The translations under genes were made by a program, and so were the position numbers. Below are positions 57,697 through 64,000 of a stretch of 64,000 bases of DNA, piece after piece. The DNA is taken from NCBI GenBank assembly GCA_000004985.1, contig GG738923.1; one strand, written 5' to 3'. Each line of letters starts with the position of its first letter. The stretch's first letter is position 1. The notes under the pieces are model-generated. The model was not told where the DNA came from. It ran no database searches and was given only the letters and a program-made list of their open reading frames with translations. The stretch comes from Naegleria gruberi. Its lineage: Eukaryota.

Positions 57697-59155
57697 ATAC
57701 TTGTTTTTTCTTTTTTGAAAATGAGAGAGTTTGTTGGCCTCTATCTAATCTTTTTAAATTGGAGTTGTTTTCTTTCCTTTTGTGCACCATTTTTGGAAAA
57801 TCAACCAAGTTTACCAATTGGTCATTCATTTTCCACTTATTAATATATTTCTCAATCTTTTCATTCTCATAGTCAAGTTTAAAAACTAAGGATCTAATGG
57901 TGTTTGATAATTGTGAAGACGCAATGTGGTCTATTGCACGGAGTGAGAACATTTCACTTTTAAAAGAAAGCTGTTCAAGTTTTTTCAAATAAGTGCAATT
58001 ACTAAGATATTCAATAGATAGATCAGTTACACTAGTTGACGATATATTTAAATAAGTGAGAGGGGATTCTCTTTCCAAATTTTCAACAAATCCTTTTGTA
58101 CTCTGGTCATCCAACATTGTTTCACTTACTTCTATTGATAAATATGTTAAATTTTTCAAATATTTTGCAATGGATTGAAGAGCATTCTTTGGAGAGTTAA
58201 TAAACAACTGAAGATGTGTCAAATTTGTTGAGAGACGACCTGAAAACATTTCATTCAAATCATCGAGAGTAAAATTAATCCCATGTAAACCTTTTTGTAT
58301 AGATATACTGGTCAAGCTTGTCAAATGTATACTTGTTCCTAACAATTTCATAGAATTCAAATCACTTGATGAAATATGATTCAATTTGATTTTTTCCACG
58401 TTTGACATATTCTCTGTATCAATATCTTTCAAATTTACCTTTCCATATCTTATTGATATTTCCTTCAGTTCTTTCATTTGCGTTATCAGCTTGAAACATT
58501 CTGGTGTGGTGTTTGCTACAGACATTTGTTGTAAATGTTTCATATTTTCATAAATTATTTGCATTTGTTCATAGTCTATTGTATTGAATACAGAAAACAC
58601 CTTCAATTTCCCCAATAATGGATTGCTAGCTACCTTTCCAATTCCACTCTTTGTAATATCAGACCAAATTGTCAATTTCTCCAGATTTCCAATATAAGGA
58701 CAAGCACTAATTGCCAAAGCAACATTATAATCGCACCCAACAACTTGATATCCTAAAAGAAACAAACTCAATTCGGTCAATTGCTCCAACTCTTTACATT
58801 TGAATAATTGACACAATTCATTAGAATAGTTCATTTGTGATTTTCTAGATTCAATTTTTAAAACTTTCAAGCTTTTCATCTCTGATAAATTCTCACAAAA
58901 TTCCACCACACATGATTCATCTTCAACGAGAAAAGAAAGTGATTGAATATTTTTCAATATGAATGATGATGATCGGAATAAAGAAACAAGAATTGAATCT
59001 CTGATTTGGATCATGTCATACAATTTACATTTAATCACCTCGGATCGCCATAGCTTGGACACCATTGAACAATTGATAATTATTTGTTTCCATGGGAGAA
59101 ATTGCATTATTTGAAAGCAAACATCTGCTGGAATGAACACCTCTTGTTGTGTCAT
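57686..59155 (-). CDS. F-box-like plus leucine-rich-repeat protein.
   Basis: The N-terminus IPADVCFQIMQFLPWKQIIINCSMVSKLWR is F-box-like. Multiple LRRs follow (LTHLQL, LTSLTSISI, LKELKEISI). Confidence 0.5.
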   Translation of the reverse strand: MTQQEVFIPADVCFQIMQFLPWKQIIINCSMVSKLWRSEVIKCKLYDMIQIRDSILVSLFRSSSFILKNIQSLSFLVEDESCVVEFCENLSEMKSLKVLKIESRKSQMNYSNELCQLFKCKELEQLTELSLFLLGYQVVGCDYNVALAISACPYIGNLEKLTIWSDITKSGIGKVASNPLLGKLKVFSVFNTIDYEQMQIIYENMKHLQQMSVANTTPECFKLITQMKELKEISIRYGKVNLKDIDTENMSNVEKIKLNHISSSDLNSMKLLGTSIHLTSLTSISIQKGLHGINFTLDDLNEMFSGRLSTNLTHLQLFINSPKNALQSIAKYLKNLTYLSIEVSETMLDDQSTKGFVENLERESPLTYLNISSTSVTDLSIEYLSNCTYLKKLEQLSFKSEMFSLRAIDHIASSQLSNTIRSLVFKLDYENEKIEKYINKWKMNDQLVNLVDFPKMVHKRKENNSNLKRLDRGQQTLSFSKKKKQVFDR

Positions 59156-59253
59156 TTTTTAAAGATAATTTTCTCAGTTTACAAAGGAATGATCTGATAT
59201 TTCAGACTTTAAAGAAAATTAAAAAGAGAACATCAGTACTTGTAAGCTAAAAT

Positions 59254-59344
59254 TGATGAGTGTGGGATTTGAACCCACGCCCTTGCGGAACACGGTATTA
59301 ATCATACCTTAACGTGTCGTCTTAGACCACTCGACCAACTCACC
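59254..59344 (-). tRNA. tRNA-Leu (AAG) with a roughly 12-nt intron 3' of the anticodon.
   Basis: The reverse complement is GGTGAGTTGGTCGAGTGGTCTAAGACGACACGTTAAGG[tatgattaata]CCGTGTTCCGCAAGGGCGTGGGTTCAAATCCCACACTCATCA. It has a long variable arm (CGCAAGGGCG), a seven-pair acceptor stem with one G-U, and a canonical intron position 37/38. Confidence 0.65.
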
Positions 59345-59427
59345 ATCTGAAAATTAATACACTGTTCTGATTTTAGGAAACATCTGAGTTATTGGCGATA
59401 AATACAAATTCGAACAATAAAAAGATT

Positions 59428-59501
59428 TACCGACAATGGGGCTCGAACCCACGACCCCAGGATTAGAAGTCCTGTGCTCTATCCAACTGAGCTATGACGG
59501 C
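59428..59501 (-). tRNA. tRNA-Arg (TCT), the second, inverted copy.
   Basis: Exact reverse complement of the 56185..56258 gene. Flank similarity extends about 20 nt on each side. Confidence 0.8.
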
Positions 59502-59874
59502 TTACGTTCGTGGTGAAAAATAAATGTTTCTTTTTGATATTGTACATAGGAAGTTTCTAAGAATTCCTTAATATTATGAACTCTCAATGACCATCTCTCA
59601 GGAAAGATGAGTACGTGAATTTTCAACAGCAGTAACATGAAGCATCATATGAGTAGCTTCAAATTACGACAAAGCAATTATTATCCCGGAGTATCTTGTC
59701 TCCGTAACAATCATCATTAACATTGTGGACCATTGGTTCTGGATGATATTTGAAATAACCATCTTGTGGAGAAAAGATAATGAAAGGTACAAAAAAGGAA
59801 TGAATTCGGAAGGATAGCTACAATTCATTCTCTCCAACAATTTTGTGAATCATTGTTTTGAACTTTAATAAAAA

Positions 59875-60453
59875 ATGGCGCAAGATCAACAACCAACACT
59901 TCAAAATCAAAAAACTCCAACAGCACAGCAACACAAGCAATACATTATTACCAAAATATTAGTAGCATTTGTGGCCTTGCTTCATGTTTTCTTTCTAATT
60001 TTGGAAATGTTTTTATGGACTACACCTTTTGGACGTCAAATATCTGGTTTTCCAGAGGCATTTGCACAAATGACACAGGTATTAGCTGCCAATCAAGGTC
60101 TATATAATGGATTTTTGGCCATGGGATTGATTTGGTCAATTTTTTCAAAACAGTTTTACTTTGAATTGCAATTGTTTTTCCTCGGATGTATTGTGATTGC
60201 TGGAATATTTGGAGCTGCAACTGGAAGTATTGCAATTTTAGGAATTCAAGCTGCACCTGCACTTGTTGTGTTGCATGTGGTGTTATTGGAGAGATTTCTG
60301 TTGCCTTTCCTTAAGAAAAGATGGGCATTGAGAAGGGAACAAAGAATGGCTAAGATTGGAGATGAGAATTCAAATATGAGTCTTTTAAGTTCAACAGATA
60401 CACAAGGAGTTGAATATCAGCAATATAATGTTCAACAGGAAGCCATTATTTAA
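59875..60453 (+). CDS. Small 4-TM membrane protein (DUF1304-like).
   Basis: 192-aa ORF with four hydrophobic helices (ILVAFVALLHVFFLILEMFLW, LYNGFLAMGLIWSIF, FFLGCIVIAGIFGAATGSIAILGI, ALVVLHVVLL). Confidence 0.45.
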   Translation: MAQDQQPTLQNQKTPTAQQHKQYIITKILVAFVALLHVFFLILEMFLWTTPFGRQISGFPEAFAQMTQVLAANQGLYNGFLAMGLIWSIFSKQFYFELQLFFLGCIVIAGIFGAATGSIAILGIQAAPALVVLHVVLLERFLLPFLKKRWALRREQRMAKIGDENSNMSLLSSTDTQGVEYQQYNVQQEAII

Positions 60454-60668
60454 TAAAAATTGTAATGTAAATCAATATTGAATATTCAAAATTAGAAACA
60501 AGGATACCAAACTCTGTAATTGCCCAAACTGGAAATTGAAAGAAATTTCACATTGGCACTTGGGTTATTAATTTTTTAAGATCTGCCATTTGATATCAGG
60601 GATTGAACTTGTAAATACCCTCCTAGTAGGAATTACAATAGGAAACTATTCCATGCTTTTACAAAAAA

Positions 60669-61703
60669 ATGAAACAACTTAATGAGGACGAATTATTGTT
60701 AATTTTTTCATATTTAAATTTTTCAGAGGTTTTAAATGTTTCGTTAATGAAAAATCGGAAAGTGTACAATTTGATTGGATCTTGTCGCGCGTGGAGGGAA
60801 ATGTATTTAGATTGTATATCTATTATTCAGGAATTTAAAAAGTTTGATGAAAGATGTTGTTGTTCCGAGGAGGCTGGAAAACTTGCTCTTTCCTCTGATT
60901 TTAGAAAATTATATTTTGAACAGATGAGAGAATATTATTTACGTTCGGATATGAATGAACAAGCACTTGTGGAGAGAATTGAAGAATTGGAATCGAACAG
61001 GAAATCTTCATCAACAACTGTTTTTAGAGAATATCATGAATTATTGAAAGATTATCCAAATATCAAAAGTAATGACTTGTATGTTAAATTTATGGTGGTT
61101 GGAAGTAGTTGTGGAAAGACTTCTTTTTTGTATCATTTGAGTTTGGGACTGCATCCTCCTTATTCGAATGTTGCTTCTAATTTGCAATACTTACCAAGTA
61201 TTCATGATGGATATTCCACAAATTTGATATTTGGATCTTCTTTTTGTAATATTGGATTTTGGGATACATCGGGAAAATCAGAATATAAAACACTTAGACC
61301 ATTGAGCTATCCAGGGACAGATGTGTGTTTTCTTTGCTTTGACTGCATGAGCTATGATTCATTGGATTTAGCGATTAATACATTTTTGGAGGAATTAACA
61401 AGTCATATGAAACAAGAAGGGAAAACTTTTCCTATTGCTTTGCTTTCAACAAAGCATGATTTGCAGCAAGATAGAAAGGAAGTATTGAAATTACTAATTT
61501 CAAAACAACAAAAACCAATTAATAGTCAACTTGGAGAAAGAATAGCAAAAGCAATCGGATGTGTAACCTATTTGGAATCCATTCTTCTTCCATCTAAAGA
61601 TTACTTTAAGATAATTTTCAATATTTCAAGAATTGAGAAACTTCCAGTAACAACAGAAAAGCAATCCTTGCTACAGAAACTAGGTAGATTTTTCAAAAAG
61701 TAA
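60669..61703 (+). CDS. F-box-like N-terminal domain fused to a divergent Rho-family GTPase. Paralogue of 38760..39986.
   Basis: N-terminus LLLIFSYLNFSEVLNVSLMKNRKVYNLIGSCRAWREMY. G domain: FMVVGSSCGKTSFLY (G1), FWDTSGKSEYKTLRPLSYPGTD (G3, with Lys at the catalytic Gln position), LLSTKHDL (G4). Confidence 0.6.
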   Translation: MKQLNEDELLLIFSYLNFSEVLNVSLMKNRKVYNLIGSCRAWREMYLDCISIIQEFKKFDERCCCSEEAGKLALSSDFRKLYFEQMREYYLRSDMNEQALVERIEELESNRKSSSTTVFREYHELLKDYPNIKSNDLYVKFMVVGSSCGKTSFLYHLSLGLHPPYSNVASNLQYLPSIHDGYSTNLIFGSSFCNIGFWDTSGKSEYKTLRPLSYPGTDVCFLCFDCMSYDSLDLAINTFLEELTSHMKQEGKTFPIALLSTKHDLQQDRKEVLKLLISKQQKPINSQLGERIAKAIGCVTYLESILLPSKDYFKIIFNISRIEKLPVTTEKQSLLQKLGRFFKK

Positions 61704-61723
61704 CATTATTAATTATTATTGGT

Positions 61724-63973
61724 TTACAATTCAATAGTTGAAAGAACAGTTCCTGGAGAAATCAACTCTTTACAATCCTCTTCTCTATCTTCAAAAAGTA
61801 AATCGGTTGGAGAGTTGACCATAGGGGAGTCCATATTTGGAGATCCAATGCTCTCTGTTTTGAAAATAGTAGCAACATTAGAAATTGGTTTCTCTCCCAA
61901 GGCAGTAATAGTCCATTCATGATTATAGATTGGATCATTGCATTTGTGTTTTTGGAGAAGCTTTTTGAAATTCTTACGTTTTCCACACAAGAATAAAATA
62001 TCACTCGCTTCAACTTTTCCAGTTCCGACAGGATTAGTGTAGACATATCTGTATAGTTTGTCATATCTGTATCTACTGACACCCAATAGAATGAGATCTT
62101 TTTCAAAGCAAGCATCAACAAGCTCTGAAACTGGTAAATTAACAAAAACTGTTGGAACGGGAACTTCAAAGATTATAGATTGAGATTCTGTAGCTGAAAA
62201 CTCATCAGCAAGCATTTGGTCCACCAAATCAACAACTCTTCTATTATGGAAGGATTGTGCCAACAGCTTACTAAGGAAGGAAGAACTTGGGAAAATCTTT
62301 CCAGAAATATAAAAATCAGAAAACAAACAGAATTGATCAAAATCATCGATATCATAATCTAATACTTGCTTTTCTCTTAACAATCTCACCTTTTGATAAG
62401 TTGGAATACCTTCGTGTTGGAAAAACTTCAAATTGGATCTGTTTACCAATTCGAGAAGGTACTTCTTTCGAGGATCAATTACAGCCATACCCAAAGCCAA
62501 TTTGATTGCTTCAGAATCGATTGTGTACTCATTTTCGAAAGAACCAACTTCATCCTCATCACCATCATTTCCTGTATTCATCAACGAGGCATCTTGGGTA
62601 AAGTACATGACAGTTTGGGCAGATGAGAAACCAGCTCTTCTCAAATCATGAGATTTGATTGGATTACCAGAAATAAAATAGACATCTTTGAAATATTTCA
62701 ATCTTTCGTAGAGAGAGTTGAAATACTTGTCAACAAGGTGGGTCATGAATACTATTGGAGTGTTTCTATTTCTTCTCTGAATTGATCTAACCAATGAACA
62801 AATAATTAATGGTTGTTGGAATTCTCCTAGAACAAGGATATGATCTTTCAATTCAAATGGAACTTTGAAACTTGAAATGAGGAATTGTTGTTTAGTTCTT
62901 GGAGTTCTTGTCATGCTATAGCTAGCAATAATGGAATTGTAGAATTCATCTTCCTTTTCTTTCCTTTCTTGCTCTGATTGTATTTCTCTTATTTGTCTCA
63001 GCTGACTTCTCATTTCTGCAAAGCAAGGTTCAGTAGCGATGAGTTTGAGTAAAATTTCCAAGTGAAGATTATTCATTTCTTCCTGTTGTTCAGTTTCAAT
63101 TTCATCACTCAACAGATAGATGTCAGCATTATGACCTCCAACAGAGTATGTCAATCCATATCTGTTTGATTTTCTATTATCTTTCTTTTTCTTATTGTCC
63201 ACTTCATTTTCTTGTTTTTCTGTAATCTTTAATATTTCGATTTGACCTTTGGTGAGCTCTTCGTGTGACTGTTCTCCAGCATTCTTCAAGTATTCTTCGA
63301 ATCTAGATTCAAAGTACTCGATTTCAATAGCATCTTCCTTTGTTTTTTCTACACCATAGTCCATTCTTGAACTTTTCCTGGAAATGTATTGATCCTTGTC
63401 TCCTGTTTGAGTGAATGTTTGAACCTGTTCAGCATGCTCAATGCTCTTAGCAATACAGAAGCATTTATCACCATCCTTGATGAGGTATCGAGATGGATTG
63501 AGGAATATTCTTCCCTGCTTATCTTCTAAAGCATAGGCAGCAATTTCGCATTTCTTGAGCAAGGTTCTAGCAGCATCAACGAATAAACTTCCAACAAATG
63601 CCTTACTGAACTTTACACGATAAATTTCACAATTCAAACCCTCTGAATATTCCACAATCCACTTGATATCATTTTCAATTGATGTAGTATTCTTTCCGGA
63701 TTGCATGTCAAACTTGTGGTGGTCTCCTGTGAGTAATCCCTTAGGAATCTTGTCCATTTCAATATCAACATCAGCACCACTCAACAAGTTGAACAAAAAA
63801 GAACACAAGCCACCAGAGCTTGAAGAGCCTGAAAGAAGCTTTGTACAGAAAGACTCATTACAAATCACAACCTTGGCACCTGCCTTAATGGCGTAATGTT
63901 TGGATTCAATCAAGTTGATTTGGGCATAGACCTTCAAATTTTGATTAAAGTTTTTAAGAGCAATAGTGGTCAT
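61724..63973 (-). CDS. C-terminal cytoplasmic RCK/gating-ring region of a Slo/BK-type K+ channel. Partial: the 5' exons with the TM/pore lie beyond the window end.
   Basis: Tandem RCK-like segments (ILVLGEFQQPLIICSLVRSI..., VVICNESFCTKLL...). The C-terminal block RYVYTNPVGTGKVEASDILFLCG parallels BK [23 protein letters not shown]. The ORF stays open to the window edge. Confidence 0.5.
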   Translation of the reverse strand: MTTIALKNFNQNLKVYAQINLIESKHYAIKAGAKVVICNESFCTKLLSGSSSSGGLCSFLFNLLSGADVDIEMDKIPKGLLTGDHHKFDMQSGKNTTSIENDIKWIVEYSEGLNCEIYRVKFSKAFVGSLFVDAARTLLKKCEIAAYALEDKQGRIFLNPSRYLIKDGDKCFCIAKSIEHAEQVQTFTQTGDKDQYISRKSSRMDYGVEKTKEDAIEIEYFESRFEEYLKNAGEQSHEELTKGQIEILKITEKQENEVDNKKKKDNRKSNRYGLTYSVGGHNADIYLLSDEIETEQQEEMNNLHLEILLKLIATEPCFAEMRSQLRQIREIQSEQERKEKEDEFYNSIIASYSMTRTPRTKQQFLISSFKVPFELKDHILVLGEFQQPLIICSLVRSIQRRNRNTPIVFMTHLVDKYFNSLYERLKYFKDVYFISGNPIKSHDLRRAGFSSAQTVMYFTQDASLMNTGNDGDEDEVGSFENEYTIDSEAIKLALGMAVIDPRKKYLLELVNRSNLKFFQHEGIPTYQKVRLLREKQVLDYDIDDFDQFCLFSDFYISGKIFPSSSFLSKLLAQSFHNRRVVDLVDQMLADEFSATESQSIIFEVPVPTVFVNLPVSELVDACFEKDLILLGVSRYRYDKLYRYVYTNPVGTGKVEASDILFLCGKRKNFKKLLQKHKCNDPIYNHEWTITALGEKPISNVATIFKTESIGSPNMDSPMVNSPTDLLFEDREEDCKELISPGTVLSTIEL

Positions 63974-64000
63974 AATTACAGAAGTGTCTTCCTTTCTTGC

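Noticed and set aside
1-64000. A prokaryotic-style novel defence or mobile system (operon, CRISPR, toxin-antitoxin, integron)
   Set aside because: The sequence is eukaryotic: spliceosomal GT..AG introns, Pol III genes, long low-complexity coding, and no operon-like co-oriented tightly packed ORFs with RBS spacing. I found no direct-repeat/spacer array anywhere.

Overview
This window looks like eukaryotic nuclear DNA from an AT-rich amoebozoan, most likely a dictyostelid social amoeba (roughly 33-35% GC). That placement is my inference, based on five things: short AT-rich GT..AG introns; a ribosomal-protein gene whose first exon is only the ATG; a tRNA gene with a short intron; CAA/AAC-rich low-complexity coding; and close protein similarity to Dictyostelium G-beta, ACG adenylyl cyclase, HOP2, Rab-GGTase beta and others. 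It is not a prokaryotic island: I see no operons, Shine-Dalgarno-spaced ORF chains, CRISPR array or defence-island architecture. The window holds about 40 protein-coding genes, most with 0-3 introns, and a Pol III cluster (5S rRNA, a 5' 5S pseudogene fragment, tRNA-Asn, two inverted tRNA-Arg(TCT) copies, and an intron-containing tRNA-Leu(AAG)). The findings worth a second look are: (i) two paralogous genes fusing an F-box-like N-terminus to a divergent Rho-family GTPase whose catalytic Gln and P-loop are non-canonical; (ii) a cathepsin-B homologue that has lost all three catalytic residues; (iii) a calponin-homology protein with four exact 96-bp coding tandem repeats and a SHOCT-like C-terminal motif; (iv) a tandem pair of novel secreted 4-Cys proteins; (v) a 1200-aa multi-EGF secreted protein plus a small two-EGF secreted paralogue-like gene; (vi) an inverted tRNA-Arg duplication bracketing two genes; (vii) a chromosomal 5S gene with a neighbouring truncated 5S copy; (viii) three F-box/LRR-type genes interrupted by 1-nt frame shifts; (ix) HOP2 with a histone-H1-like lysine-rich N-terminal tail; (x) a group XII-like secretory PLA2 ending in HDEL. 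All coordinates are from manual reading of the sequence and ORF track. Exon boundaries are approximate unless stated.
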